Counted from the first letter of the stretch, positions 22,864 through 33,471 are shown. The stretch is DNA of 64,000 bases from Abditibacterium sp. (GCA_965246885.1 OZ251992.1:2784001-2848000), one strand, 5' to 3'. Numbers and translations are program-made. The notes: a model not told the origin generated them from the sequence alone.

Positions 22864-23682
22864 TTAGCAAAGTCGCCCGCGCGCCCGAAGCGCACACAGG
22901 CCCGCGATGCTCACGCGCTCGCCGCGCACTTCGAGTTGCAAGGCGCCGCCGCGCGCTGACAGTTGCACCGCGTTCAAGTGCTGCTTTCCCAAACGCGCCG
23001 CCCAAAACGGTGCGAGGGCGCAGTGCGCGCTTCCTGTCACCGGGTCTTCGGGGATGCCTACGCGCGGCGCAAAGAAGCGCGAGATGAAATCAGTTTCTCC
23101 GGCAGGCGCTTCGGGTTGGGAAGTCACAATAATGCCGCGCGCGGGGATGGCACCCAGCTTGGCGAGGTTGGGGCGAAGATTCTTCCACGAAGTCGGCTCG
23201 ATGCGCAGCAACCAATCTTCCCCAGCGCGCCCGCAAAACAGGATCGGCTCGCTCAACAAGCCCAAAGCCGCGCGCAACGAGGAGGGCGTGGCGCACTCCT
23301 CGACTTCCTGCGCCGGAAAATCTAACTCGACGCGCTCGCCGTCCACTCGCGCCGATAGCTCGCCGGAGCGCGTCGCAAAACGCGCGGTCTCGCCATCGCG
23401 CAACAACCCGGCATCCAACAGCGCCCGCGCCGCCGCAAGCGTGGCATGGCCGCACAAGTTCACTTCGGTTAGCGGCGTCATCCAGCGCAAATCGAACGCG
23501 CCCGCGCCGCGCGGCACGACGAACGCGGTCTCGGCGAGGTGGAACTCATTTGCGCGCTCCTGCAACTCCTCATCGCACGCGAACTCGGATAGCAGCACGA
23601 CGGCAGCCGGGTTGCCGCGTAGTGTCCGCCCCTGCCATGTCCCCACAAAAGCGTCCACAATCCAAAACGGCGCCAGTTCCAT
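22864..23682 (-). CDS. PhzF family isomerase/epimerase
   Basis: VDAF, GNPAAV, LAETAF, EVNLCGHATLA, EDPVTGSAHC. Confidence 0.93.
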   Translation of the reverse strand: MELAPFWIVDAFVGTWQGRTLRGNPAAVVLLSEFACDEELQERANEFHLAETAFVVPRGAGAFDLRWMTPLTEVNLCGHATLAAARALLDAGLLRDGETARFATRSGELSARVDGERVELDFPAQEVEECATPSSLRAALGLLSEPILFCGRAGEDWLLRIEPTSWKNLRPNLAKLGAIPARGIIVTSQPEAPAGETDFISRFFAPRVGIPEDPVTGSAHCALAPFWAARLGKQHLNAVQLSARGGALQLEVRGERVSIAGLCALRARGRLC

Positions 23683-23741
23683 CCTCTTTAGCTTGCCATA
23701 AGGCGCGGCATCGAGTAGAATTTCCCATTGCCTTTTTGCAC

Positions 23742-23815
23742 GGCGCGTTCGTCTAGAGGCCCAGGACATCTCCCTCTCACGGAGAAGATCAGGGGTTCGA
23801 ATCCCCTACGCGCTA
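23742..23815 (+). tRNA. tRNA-Glu(CTC)
   Basis: GGCGCGTTCGTCTAGAGGCCCAGGACATCTCCCT-CTC-ACGGAGAAGATCAGGGGTTCGAATCCCCTACGCGCTA. Confidence 0.94.
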
Positions 23816-23821
23816 TTTTCC

Positions 23822-23850
23822 CTATTGCCCGCTTTATAAGCGGGCAATAG
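23822..23850. terminator. Hairpin between convergent tRNA-Glu and uvrB
   Basis: CTATTGCCCGCTT-TAT-AAGCGGGCAATAG. Confidence 0.7.
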
Positions 23851-23865
23851 TCGTTTTAGTGCCCT

Positions 23866-25935
23866 CTACCCCTTGGCCAACTCCCGCAGCGTGAGCAGTT
23901 CGTCGCGCAGTTGGGCGGCGCGCTCGAAGTCGAGGGACTTGGCGGCGGCCTTCATCTCGGATTCCAGTTCTTCGAGCAACTTGGGCAAGTCCTCTTTCTT
24001 GGGCTTGGCCACAATTTTTCCGGGCGCAAGTTCGCTTTGCACGTCGGCCAAAAGCTCCGTCAGCAAGTCCTCCCGAATCGCTTTCTGAATCCCCTGTGGC
24101 GTGATGCCGTTCGCCTCGTTGTAGGCGAGTTGCAGCGTGCGGCGGCGGTTAGTTTCATCTATGGCGCGCTGCATCGAGCCAGTCACACGGTCGGCGTACA
24201 TAATCACCTGACCCTCGACGTGACGCGCCGCGCGGCCAATGGTCTGGATGAGGCTGGTTTCGCTCCGCAGGAAGCCCTCTTTGTCGGCGTCAAGAATGGC
24301 CACCAGCGACACTTCGGGCAAGTCCAAACCTTCGCGGAGCAGGTTGATGCCCACCAGCACGTCGTACTTGCCCTGCCGGAGTTCGCGCAGAATTTGGCTG
24401 CGCTCCATCGTTTCGATGTCGGAGTGGAGGTAGTTCACCTTCACGTCTATCTCCTTGAGGTAGTCCGTCAAGTCCTCCGCCATGCGCTTCGTCAGAGTTG
24501 TGCAAAGGACGCGCTGACCTTTGGAAGTGCGGCTCCTAATTTCGGCGAGCAGGTCATCTATTTGTCCGCGCGTCGGACGAATGGAGATTTCGGGGTCAAT
24601 GAGTCCCGTCGGGCGGATTATCTGCTGGGCGAGGCCGTCATAATCGCCTTCGGGGAGCGTGAACGCGCCGAGCGAGGCGCCTTTGTGCTTGCTTTCCACG
24701 ACGGCGCGCTCCAAGCCGATGTGTTCCAACTCATACGGGCCGGGAGTCGCCGAGATATAGGTCGTTTGCCCCATGCGCGCCTCGAACTCCTCGAACTTGA
24801 GCGGGCGGTTATCGAAGGCCGAGGGCAAGCGAAAGCCGTAGTCCACAAGCGTTTCTTTGCGCGCGCGGTCGCCGTTGTACATGGCGCGAATCTGCGGCAT
24901 GGTGACGTGCGACTCATCCACCATCAGCAGGTAGTCGTCCGGGAAGTAGTCAATCAGCGTGTATGGTGCGTCGCCCGGAATGCGGCCATCGAGATAGCGC
25001 GAGTAGTTCTCGATACCATTGCAATACCCGACTTCGCGCATCATTTCCATGTCGTACCTCACGCGCTGCCGCAGGCGCTGCGCTTCGAGGAGCTTGCCGA
25101 CGGACTCGAAGTAGGTGCACTGCTCCTCTAAGTCGCGCTCGATGTGCTCCAAGGCGGCGCCCATCCTATCTTCCGAGGCGATAAAGTGCGTGGCGGGAAA
25201 GACCGTCGTAAATTTGCGGTTCTCGACCACATTGCCCGTCAGGTTGTTCATCAGTTGGATGGATTCTATCTCATCGCCGAAGGTGTCTATCCTCACTACG
25301 TTGTCCGAATCGCGCGGGTGGATTTCGAGCACGTCGCCCCTCACGCGGAACGTGCCGCGCACGAGGTTAATGTCGTTGCGCGCGAACTGCATCGCAATCA
25401 GCCGCTCCAACGTCGCGCGCCGGTCTATGGTGTCGCCCACGCGGAAGTCGAGCGAGAACTGCTTGTAAAGTTCCGGCGTGCCCAAGCCGTAGATGCACGA
25501 CACCGATGAGACGACGATCACATCGCGCCGCGAGGTGAGCGACTGCGTCGAAGAGTGCCGCAAGCGGTCTATCTCGTCGTTGCGCGATGACTCCTTTTCG
25601 ATATAGGTGTCGGAGTGCACGACGTAGGCTTCGGGCTGGTAGTAGTCGTAATACGAGACGAAGTACTCCACCGCGTTGTCGGGGAAGAACTCCCGTAGCT
25701 CCTGACACAGTTGCGCCGCTAAAGTCTTATTGTGCGCCACCAGAAGCGCCGGACGCTGCAACTCCTGAATCACCTGCGCGGCAGTGAAAGTTTTGCCCGT
25801 TCCCGTCGCGCCCAGCAAAACTTGGTGCGCGAGGCCATCACGGGCGCCTTTGACTAACTTCTCTATGGCTTGAGGCTGGTCGCCTTTAGGGGAAAACGGC
25901 GCGTGCATTTGGAAGGGCTTGTTGTCGCGGGGCAT
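23866..25935 (-). CDS. uvrB: Excinuclease ABC subunit B
   Basis: [57 protein letters not shown]. Confidence 0.98.
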   Translation of the reverse strand: MPRDNKPFQMHAPFSPKGDQPQAIEKLVKGARDGLAHQVLLGATGTGKTFTAAQVIQELQRPALLVAHNKTLAAQLCQELREFFPDNAVEYFVSYYDYYQPEAYVVHSDTYIEKESSRNDEIDRLRHSSTQSLTSRRDVIVVSSVSCIYGLGTPELYKQFSLDFRVGDTIDRRATLERLIAMQFARNDINLVRGTFRVRGDVLEIHPRDSDNVVRIDTFGDEIESIQLMNNLTGNVVENRKFTTVFPATHFIASEDRMGAALEHIERDLEEQCTYFESVGKLLEAQRLRQRVRYDMEMMREVGYCNGIENYSRYLDGRIPGDAPYTLIDYFPDDYLLMVDESHVTMPQIRAMYNGDRARKETLVDYGFRLPSAFDNRPLKFEEFEARMGQTTYISATPGPYELEHIGLERAVVESKHKGASLGAFTLPEGDYDGLAQQIIRPTGLIDPEISIRPTRGQIDDLLAEIRSRTSKGQRVLCTTLTKRMAEDLTDYLKEIDVKVNYLHSDIETMERSQILRELRQGKYDVLVGINLLREGLDLPEVSLVAILDADKEGFLRSETSLIQTIGRAARHVEGQVIMYADRVTGSMQRAIDETNRRRTLQLAYNEANGITPQGIQKAIREDLLTELLADVQSELAPGKIVAKPKKEDLPKLLEELESEMKAAAKSLDFERAAQLRDELLTLRELAKG

Positions 25936-25993
25936 AATCTTTGGGGTTTAGTTTAAGACGCGCGAAGTGCCAATTCGCGCACACTTTCCGGCC

Positions 25994-27118
25994 ATGAGCG
26001 AATTGGAAATGAGTGCGGCGCGCTTGCAAGGCGCGGTCGCGGGTGCGTCGAAGAACTTGGTCGAGCGCGCGCCTTTGGTGGAGGCCGTCGTATTGGCGGC
26101 GGTAGCGGGCGAGCACCTACTTGTCATCGGGCCGCCGGGGACAGCGAAATCGCAAGCGGTGCGGCGCATCTCCTCCGCGTTGGGCGGGCGCTACTTCGAG
26201 TATTTGTTGGGCCGTTTCTCGGAACCGTCTGAGATATTCGGGCCGATTGACCTGCGACGCTTGCGCGAAGGCGTTGTCCAAACGCAGACCGATGGCATGC
26301 TCCCGGAAGCGGACATCGCCTTCTTGGACGAGGTGTTTCAAGGCTCGACGGCCATCCTCAATACGCTTCTGGGCCTGCTCAACGAGCGCGTCTTTCGTCG
26401 CGGCCACGACGCCATCGCCGCGCCCTTACGCACGTGTTGCGCCGCTTCCAATGCCCTACCCGACGACCCCAACTTAGCCGCGTTCGCCGACCGCTTCTTG
26501 CTCCGGCTGTGGGTGTCACCCGTCCCCGACGCGCAGTTGGAAGAGCTTTTGGAAGGCGGCTGGCGAAGCGACGAAGCGCCGATGGGGTTAGCCACAATGA
26601 ACGACGTGGACACCCTCGCGCGCGCCGCCAAAAGTGCCGATATGTCGCGCGTTCGCTCGCACGTCGCCGAGTGCTTGCGCTTGCTTCGCGGGGCGGGCGT
26701 CGAACTGTCCGACAGGCGCGCCGTGAAAACGCAAAAGTTAATCGCGGCGGCGGCAGTTTTGGATGGGCGCGTGCTCCCCGATGACGGCGACTTATGGCCC
26801 ATCGTCTGGGCTGTTCCGACACTCGAAGGGCAGACCTTAGCGCGCGAAGTGCTGCGCGACAAGTTGGTGCGCACCCGCAACCGCGCCCTGCCCGCCGCGT
26901 CGGAAGAGGCCTCGAGCGGCCCGCTTGCCCGCGCGCTCCGCTTGGAAAGCGCCGCGCGCGAGTTGCTCGCCGTCGCGGAGCGCGACGCCGCATGGCGGCT
27001 CCGTTTGGAAGGCGTCGCGCGCGAGATGGACGCCGCGTTTGCCCCGCAAAGCCGCCCCGCGTCGCTGGAAACTGTGCGCGGCCAAGTCGTCGCCGCCCTT
27101 GGGGGAGAAGCGCCGTGA
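25994..27118 (+). CDS. MoxR/RavA-like AAA+ ATPase
   Basis: GPPGTAKS, YLLGRFSEPSEIFGP, FLDEVF, AILNTLL, AFADRF. Confidence 0.9.
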   Translation: MSELEMSAARLQGAVAGASKNLVERAPLVEAVVLAAVAGEHLLVIGPPGTAKSQAVRRISSALGGRYFEYLLGRFSEPSEIFGPIDLRRLREGVVQTQTDGMLPEADIAFLDEVFQGSTAILNTLLGLLNERVFRRGHDAIAAPLRTCCAASNALPDDPNLAAFADRFLLRLWVSPVPDAQLEELLEGGWRSDEAPMGLATMNDVDTLARAAKSADMSRVRSHVAECLRLLRGAGVELSDRRAVKTQKLIAAAAVLDGRVLPDDGDLWPIVWAVPTLEGQTLAREVLRDKLVRTRNRALPAASEEASSGPLARALRLESAARELLAVAERDAAWRLRLEGVAREMDAAFAPQSRPASLETVRGQVVAALGGEAP

Positions 27119-27534
27119 TTGGGTGGAAGGCGCGCGCGGCCCCGCTCGAACCCCACGCAGTTGCCGCGACGGGCGAGGCGGCCCGCGCCCTCGCTCGCCG
27201 CCTTCTGGCGATGAATGACGAAGAGTTGGCCCTTTTACGCGGACTCCAGTGGGCGGATGGCCTCGCTCTCGAAGGCGCCGAAGGCACTCTGCCTTGGGCC
27301 GACGGCGCCCTTTACGTGGGCCGCGATGCCCGCGCGCCCAAACTCCTCCTGCCGTGTGCGCTCGAACCGGACGCGCCCCTCGAACTGTGGGCGCGCGCCT
27401 TTGAGCGTGCCCTCCCGCGCGAACTGGCCGCGCCCATTTTAGTGCTTCCCGACAGTCGCTCCGCCGTCTCTTTGGCTGGCGCGCGCAACGTGGAACGCGC
27501 GAAGGTGGAGGAGTGGCTACGCGCGCTCCCCTAA
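27115..27534 (+). CDS. bpX5-like protein of MoxR-vWA-beta-propeller ternary systems
   Basis: GTGA overlap with MoxR stop; WKARAAPLEP...GEAARALARRLL...LPWADGALYVGRD..APKLLLP resembles bpX5 as recalled. Confidence 0.65.
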   Translation: MIGWKARAAPLEPHAVAATGEAARALARRLLAMNDEELALLRGLQWADGLALEGAEGTLPWADGALYVGRDARAPKLLLPCALEPDAPLELWARAFERALPRELAAPILVLPDSRSAVSLAGARNVERAKVEEWLRALP

Positions 27535-29931
27535 CACCTCCTCAAACACCCGCTCCCACTGCCGCACGACGGCGCTTGCTGCATACTCCCGTTCGACTTT
27601 GGCACGAAGAGCGGCGCCCAACCGGGCGCACAAGGCAGGGTTATCCATCAAGCGCAGGAGCGCTTGAGCGACCGATTCGGGGGACTCATGGGGCACGAAC
27701 AGGCCCGATATTTCGTCTTCGATTTGCTCTAACGTGCCGTTGTCGCGCGTCGCAACAACCGGGAGGCGCGCCGCGCCCGCTTCGGCGATAATATGGGGCA
27801 TCCCTTCGCCCCTCGCCACGAAGCAAAGCGCGTCCATGCCTGCCAAGAGGCGCGCAACGTCGGGGCGGTCGCCTGTCCACGTGACGGCGGATTCTATTCC
27901 TAACTCGCGTGCGAGTTTACGCAATTCGTCCTCGTATTCGGGCATAAACGCATCCGGCCCCCCAACCACCACAAAGCGCGCCTCGCCTCGCTCCGCATGC
28001 ACCAAAGCGGCGGCAGCGAGAAAGTCTTCCACCCGCTTTTTCCTGTCCAAGCGCCCGACCCACCCCGCGACGAAGTGGTTCTCCTCCCAGCCGAACTCCG
28101 CGCGCACCCCGCCCCGGTCGAGCGGCGAAAACTCTTCCAAATCCACCATCGAAGGCAACATCAGCGCGTCATGCTCGCGGCCCGCCATGTGCCGCGCGGC
28201 TTCGGCGCGAATCGCGTCGCACACGCCGATATAACGGGAAGTGAAGCCTTTTGGCCCGCGCGCTTCCTCGACCAGACCGCCGTGCTCAATCAGTGGCGGC
28301 ACCCTCCGGCCCAGTGCCGCCATGCGTTCCAGAGCCGGAAGGACGTCCGGCACGTTCTGCGACGCAATCACGATGTCCGCACGGGCCAAGCGGTCGGCCA
28401 GAAACTTCACCGTGTCCTCGAACGGCAGGTCGTAGGCCGTGCGATCCACTAGCACGCCCGCCGCTTCGAGTTGAGCGTGCGTTTGCTCGCTCATGCCCGC
28501 ACGCCGAAAGCAGGCGACGACTTCCAACTCATAGCGGCTCGCATCCAGATGGCGGGCGAGCAAGCGGGCTTCGGTTTCCTCGCCGCCCACGACGAGCCAC
28601 GCGAACACCCAAATTATCTTTTTGCGCGCCCCAACTCGCTTGGAAGAGGACGACAGTCCCGCCGTTACCAAATGGCGGGCGGGACTGCCGTCCTCTTCCA
28701 AGCGGGGAAGTGTTGTGTCACTCCAAGCTCGGCGATAGGCGGCGTCGTGGCGCGCGGCCATCCGTTCACCGGTGAACTCCCGGCAAAAGCTGGCGTATCC
28801 CGCTTCGCCCCAGCGTTTCCCTTCGGCTCCAAGCGCGCGGCTCAGCCCGTGCGCCAGCGCCGCAACGTCGGCAACCGGAGCCAGAAAGCCCGTGACTTCG
28901 TGCGTCACGCAGTCACGGATGCCGTCGGCGTCGCAGCCCACAACCGGCAAGCGCGCCGCCATCGCTTCGAGCGCCGCGAGCGGTAGCCCCTCGAACTTCG
29001 AGGGCAACACAAAAGCATCGGCGGCGGCATAAAAGCGGGACATGTCCGCCCTTTCGCCCGCAAAATGCGCGCGCCCGCCGAGGCCGTTTTCCCTCGCGCG
29101 CTCCTCGCATATCCCGCGCAGATGCCCACCGCCCACAACGAGGAGGTGCGCATCTTTCCGTTCAAGGCGGGCGAACGAATCGAGAAGCGCGAGCGGATCC
29201 TTTTGCTCGGCCAAACGCCCACAAAACAGCGCGAGCGGCGCCGCGTTGGGGATGCCGAACTCCGCGCGAACGCCGTCCTCACTTCCACCCCATCGCGGCG
29301 CGTTCACGCCGTTCTCGACCGTCCAAATGCGCTCTGGCGGCGCCAACTCCGCCCGAACCAACGATTCGCGCACCGACTCCGACACGGCCAATACCGCGTC
29401 CAATTCGGCGCAGACCGCGCGTTTTTCGCGCACTTCCCAAGGGTGCCGCACCAAGTTCGGCGTGTGCTCGGTCGCTACCACGCACGGCACCCCCGCCGCT
29501 CGCGCCGCCCGCGTGCCGAAGTGCCCTTCCCACGTCGCGCCGATGTGGTTGTGGAACACCTCCACTTTCCACGCCCGCAGCAGTTCGGTAAGCCGCGCCC
29601 GCGCCGCATGTTCGTGCGCCTCCCGAAGCGTCAAGCGCGCCCCGTCGCAGACAAGAGGCCGCAACCGCTCCCATACCCCATCCGCGCCGGGGTGGTCGGC
29701 GACAATTAACAACAGTTCATACCCTCGCCCCGGCAAATGGCAGCCGAGCGTTTCCATCACGCGTCCGACGCCCGACGGTTCGAGGGAATCGCAAAAGAAA
29801 GCGACGCGCGTGGGCCATTCGCCGGGTCGCGTGGACAAATCCCGTAGCCCGGCGAACGACTCCCGCGACCCGGCGGACAAATCCCGTAGCCCGGCGGACG
29901 ACTCCCGTAGCCCGGCGAACACTTCCCTCAT
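27517..29931 (-). CDS. Double-domain GT4 glycosyltransferase with N-terminal 7-aa repeats
   Basis: Two GT-B modules (GRLAEQK...FEGLPLAALEAMA; GRLDRKK...GEGMPHIIAEAGA); ATGA overlap with upstream gene, AAGGAG RBS. Confidence 0.9.
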   Translation of the reverse strand: MREVFAGLRESSAGLRDLSAGSRESFAGLRDLSTRPGEWPTRVAFFCDSLEPSGVGRVMETLGCHLPGRGYELLLIVADHPGADGVWERLRPLVCDGARLTLREAHEHAARARLTELLRAWKVEVFHNHIGATWEGHFGTRAARAAGVPCVVATEHTPNLVRHPWEVREKRAVCAELDAVLAVSESVRESLVRAELAPPERIWTVENGVNAPRWGGSEDGVRAEFGIPNAAPLALFCGRLAEQKDPLALLDSFARLERKDAHLLVVGGGHLRGICEERARENGLGGRAHFAGERADMSRFYAAADAFVLPSKFEGLPLAALEAMAARLPVVGCDADGIRDCVTHEVTGFLAPVADVAALAHGLSRALGAEGKRWGEAGYASFCREFTGERMAARHDAAYRRAWSDTTLPRLEEDGSPARHLVTAGLSSSSKRVGARKKIIWVFAWLVVGGEETEARLLARHLDASRYELEVVACFRRAGMSEQTHAQLEAAGVLVDRTAYDLPFEDTVKFLADRLARADIVIASQNVPDVLPALERMAALGRRVPPLIEHGGLVEEARGPKGFTSRYIGVCDAIRAEAARHMAGREHDALMLPSMVDLEEFSPLDRGGVRAEFGWEENHFVAGWVGRLDRKKRVEDFLAAAALVHAERGEARFVVVGGPDAFMPEYEDELRKLARELGIESAVTWTGDRPDVARLLAGMDALCFVARGEGMPHIIAEAGAARLPVVATRDNGTLEQIEDEISGLFVPHESPESVAQALLRLMDNPALCARLGAALRAKVEREYAASAVVRQWERVFEEVLGERA
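29833..29922. repeat. 21-nt period tandem array in GT 5' end
   Basis: Four units near GGACAAATCCCGTAGCCCGGC; encodes AGLRESS/AGLRDLS/AGSRESF/AGLRDLS. Confidence 0.88.
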
Positions 29932-31076
29932 GCCGCTCCTTGCCCGCCACGCTCCCGGAAGGTGAGCGCCACCTGCAATGTCGTGTCGGGGTAGTTGTCG
30001 AGCAGTTGGAACCCCTTGGGCGCTTCCTCGAACGGGAGTTCCTGCGTGATAAGCGGCAGCAGTTCCAAGCGCCCCGCCGCTTGCAATGCCATGACGGTGC
30101 GCTCCAAGCGCGGCACGTCCCAACGCTGCGACAGTTCCGGCGGCACGTTGAATATCTGCGAGCAGATGATGCGCACGCGGTTGTGGTGGAACTCTTCGCC
30201 CAGCGCCAGCCCGCCGGAGTTGCCTTGATAAAAGCCGAGCGAGACGACTTTCCCAGCATACGCGACGGTGCGGATGGCCTCGGCGAGCGCGTGGTAGTTG
30301 CCGGTGGCTTCAATCACCACATCGGCGCCGCGCCCGTTCGTCCACTCTTTGGTTTTGAGGGCGGCGTCGTTGGTGATGAGTTCATCCGCGTAGCGCGCGG
30401 CGGCTTTGAGGCGGGCGGGGTTGGTGTCAACGGCATAGACCCGCGCGCCGGATAAGCGGGCGAGGGCCATGCAGATGAGGCCGACCATGCCCGCACCGAA
30501 GACCACGACTGTTTCGCCGACGTTGATTTGGGCGTCGAGGATGCCGTTGAGGGCAATGGCGCCAATGCGCGCGAAAATGCCACAGCGCGGGTCAATGCCT
30601 TTGGGCAGGATGTTCCCGCGCGCGACGTCGCCGTGTTGCACGAACTCCGTGCGATGCCCCCACGACCCCCACACCATGTCGCCGACTTGCACCCCTTGAA
30701 CGTCGGCGCCAACGTCGGTAACGACGCCCACTTCCTCGTAGCCCACGACGGCGGGGTAGAAGTGCCCTTCACCGGCTTCGGGCAGAAAGAGCTTGAGCGT
30801 GGTGTCAAAGCGTTTGTGGGCGTAGGGGTTGGAGCCGCGATAGATCGTCATTTCCGTGCCCGCCGAGATGCCGGAATACAGCGTCTTGCCGCGCACTTCC
30901 CACGCCGGAATCGGGCCGGGGCGGTAGCGGTCAAAGCCAATGACCCCCGGCTCGCGGATGACCATGACTTCCTCTTCGCCATCGGCCAAGGGCGGGCGGA
31001 AGTGCCGCTCCCCGGCGCGGCGAGCGGGGTGGATGGTGGTGGCTTCGGTGGGCGGGGCAGTGGGTTCGGGTTGCAT
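29928..31076 (-). CDS. MDR-family (zinc-type) dehydrogenase
   Basis: SGISAGTE, GYEEVGVV, VFGAGMVG, GADVVIEATG. Confidence 0.88.
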   Translation of the reverse strand: MQPEPTAPPTEATTIHPARRAGERHFRPPLADGEEEVMVIREPGVIGFDRYRPGPIPAWEVRGKTLYSGISAGTEMTIYRGSNPYAHKRFDTTLKLFLPEAGEGHFYPAVVGYEEVGVVTDVGADVQGVQVGDMVWGSWGHRTEFVQHGDVARGNILPKGIDPRCGIFARIGAIALNGILDAQINVGETVVVFGAGMVGLICMALARLSGARVYAVDTNPARLKAAARYADELITNDAALKTKEWTNGRGADVVIEATGNYHALAEAIRTVAYAGKVVSLGFYQGNSGGLALGEEFHHNRVRIICSQIFNVPPELSQRWDVPRLERTVMALQAAGRLELLPLITQELPFEEAPKGFQLLDNYPDTTLQVALTFRERGGQGAA

Positions 31077-31082
31077 GAGAGT

Positions 31083-32225
31083 TTACTCGTAATTGGGCGC
31101 ACATTCGAGCACCACTTGGAGCGCGTCGCCGCCACTCGCCAACAAGTCGAAGGCGCTCTGGGCGTCGTGGAAAGCGAAGCGGTGCGTGAAGAGGTGCCGC
31201 TCGATAGTTTCGCCGTCCGAGCCGAGAAAGTCGAGGGTTTGCGCGGCCAAGCGGCGCCTGTCCCAATGCGGGGCGAGCTTGCGCGGCACACGGCCAATTT
31301 GTGCGCAGATGTGTTTGAGGCCGTTGTGGTGAAACTCGCGCCCGAACCGGACGTTGGCGGCGCCCTCTTGATAAAAGCCGAGGTCTATCACAGGACTTTG
31401 CGGCGCCAGAACGCGCAAGCAGTGCGTCAGCATTTCGTCGGAGCCGGTGCACTGAAAGGCGACATCAACGCCGCGCCGCCCGGCGCCGTCGTGATAGCGC
31501 ACCTTGGCCCAGTCGCCCGGATCGGTGTGGGTCGTGTCAACGGGCACCATCCCCAACTGCCGCGCGACTTCCAACTTCGCCGCGTTGCGGCCCGCAATCG
31601 CCACTTCCGCCGCGCCCGCGCGCAGACACATCAGGCCCGTCAGCATGCCGATGACGCCCGTTCCGCCGACGAAAACGGTCTTGCCGCGCACGCCACAACC
31701 GAAGGTTTGCGCGGCGTCTCCCCACGCTTCCTCGTCGGCGTGCAAGATGCCATTGGCGCAAATCGGCCCCATTTGCGCGACGTAAATGCCAAGTTCCGGC
31801 GCGATGCCTTCGGGCAAGGGAAACCACAACTCCTCGGCGGCATGGACAGTGTGCCCCGACTTGTGGCCATACGTCATGCCGACGATTTCCCCTTCGCGCG
31901 CGGCGTCGGTGCGAGACGCCACAACGCGCCCGACCTGCATATAGCCGGAAAAGCGCATCGGGTATTCGTCGTGCCCGTCATTGTCCACGAAGAGCTTTTT
32001 CCAGTCGTCCCACCGCGCCGTGTAGTAGGGGTTGGTGCCGCCGAAATGGGTGAGTTCCGTCCCACTCGATAGCCCGCAAAACAGCGTCTCGACGCGAAAC
32101 TGGCCGGGATGGAGTGGCCCCTCGTCATAAGAGAAGATTTCCACTTGGCCGGGCCGCGCGAACCCGATATGCTCGACGCGCCACCCGTCATAAGGTTTGG
32201 CGCTGGGGGGAAGTTCTTGTTGCAT
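31083..32225 (-). CDS. MDR-family (zinc-type) dehydrogenase, paralog
   Basis: CGLSSGTE, SGYMQVG, VGGTGVIG, EFHHN shared with neighbour; start at ATG 32225. Confidence 0.85.
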   Translation of the reverse strand: MQQELPPSAKPYDGWRVEHIGFARPGQVEIFSYDEGPLHPGQFRVETLFCGLSSGTELTHFGGTNPYYTARWDDWKKLFVDNDGHDEYPMRFSGYMQVGRVVASRTDAAREGEIVGMTYGHKSGHTVHAAEELWFPLPEGIAPELGIYVAQMGPICANGILHADEEAWGDAAQTFGCGVRGKTVFVGGTGVIGMLTGLMCLRAGAAEVAIAGRNAAKLEVARQLGMVPVDTTHTDPGDWAKVRYHDGAGRRGVDVAFQCTGSDEMLTHCLRVLAPQSPVIDLGFYQEGAANVRFGREFHHNGLKHICAQIGRVPRKLAPHWDRRRLAAQTLDFLGSDGETIERHLFTHRFAFHDAQSAFDLLASGGDALQVVLECAPNYE

Positions 32226-32277
32226 GAGGGGAAGCCCTATGCAAATGGTTCGCCGCGCGGGGCCTCTTCTCCTTCTC

Positions 32278-32380
32278 CCCAGCGACTGAAGTCGCGGGCA
32301 ACCCACAGCGAAGTCGGCCTACGCCGACTACACGGCAGGAATTGAACTGGCTTGCGCCCGACGCGCCTTCAGTCGCTGGG
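32278..32380. repeat. REPIN-like element, family B (right arm decayed)
   Basis: CCCAGCGACTGAAGTCGC...AGTCGGC-CTAC-GCCGACT...CTTCAGTCGCTGGG. Confidence 0.82.
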
Positions 32381-32412
32381 CACAAGAAGGAGCGCCAATT
32401 AAACTTCCCGCT

Positions 32413-33447
32413 ATGCTGAACCCCTTAATCATCCCTACGCCGTACGGGGAGATAGTCGCTGACCCGCCCATCGTGTTGGCGCCGATGGCGGGCATCACGT
32501 CGGAGCCGTATCGCCGTTTGTGTCGGCGCTATGGGGCGGGGATGAGTTGGTCGGAGTTGGTGTCGTCGGCGGCGCTGGTGTTGGGCGGCGAAAAGTCGCA
32601 GGAGCGGACGCGGCAGTTGGCGTATTTTTCGGAAGAGGAGCGGCCCGTCGCGGTGCAAATATTCGGCGCCGACCCGGACATGATGCGCGAAGCGGCGGCG
32701 CGTATTGCGGCCTCGCGGCCCGACGCCATTGACATCAACATGGGGTGCAGCGTCGCCAAAATCGCCAAGTGCGGCGCGGGCTGTCTGCTGCTCAAGACGC
32801 CGGAGTTGGCGGAGCGCATCATTGCGGCGACCGTCGAAGGAGCCGCGCAACACGGCGTGCCGGTCACGGTGAAGATGCGCGCGGGTTGGGATGAAACCAG
32901 CATCACCGCGCCCGAAGTCGCGCGGCGAGCGCAGGACGTTGGCGCGGTCGCCGTCACGGTTCACCCGCGCACGGCGAAGCAGGCGTTCACCGGGCACTCG
33001 GATTGGTCGGTCATCCGCCGCGTCAAGGAAGCCGTGACCATTCCCGTCATCGGTTGCGGCGACGTGCATGACGGGCCGAGCGCGCTGGCGATGTTCGAGG
33101 AGACGGGCTGCGACGCTGTGATGATTGGCCGCGCGGCGATGGGCAACCCGTTCCTATTCGCCCAGATGGTAGCTTACTTGGAATCGGGAGCCGATGCAGT
33201 CGAGCCGAGCGTCGAGGAGAAAATAGCGACCGCGCGTTGGCACGCGCTGGAACTGACGGGGCTTAAAGGGGAGCACACCGCGATGCAGGAGATGCGCAAG
33301 CACGCCAGTTGGTACTCCAAGGGCATGCACGAATCGGCCCGCCTACGGGACAGGCTGTGCCGCATCAACACGCTGTCGGAGTTGGAAGCGCTGTGGGACG
33401 AAGCGCTCGAAGCGAACGCGCGCTACACGCCCGCTTTGCTATCTTGA
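32413..33447 (+). CDS. dusB: tRNA-dihydrouridine synthase B
   Basis: LAPMAGIT, VQIFG, IDINMGC, TVKMRAGWD, VMIGRAAMGNP. Confidence 0.93.
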   Translation: MLNPLIIPTPYGEIVADPPIVLAPMAGITSEPYRRLCRRYGAGMSWSELVSSAALVLGGEKSQERTRQLAYFSEEERPVAVQIFGADPDMMREAAARIAASRPDAIDINMGCSVAKIAKCGAGCLLLKTPELAERIIAATVEGAAQHGVPVTVKMRAGWDETSITAPEVARRAQDVGAVAVTVHPRTAKQAFTGHSDWSVIRRVKEAVTIPVIGCGDVHDGPSALAMFEETGCDAVMIGRAAMGNPFLFAQMVAYLESGADAVEPSVEEKIATARWHALELTGLKGEHTAMQEMRKHASWYSKGMHESARLRDRLCRINTLSELEALWDEALEANARYTPALLS

Positions 33448-33471
33448 AGAATCGCCGTTTCCGGCCACATT

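Noticed and set aside
23742..27534. Genomic island integrated at a tRNA
   Set aside because: No integrase or direct repeat; flanking genes are housekeeping.
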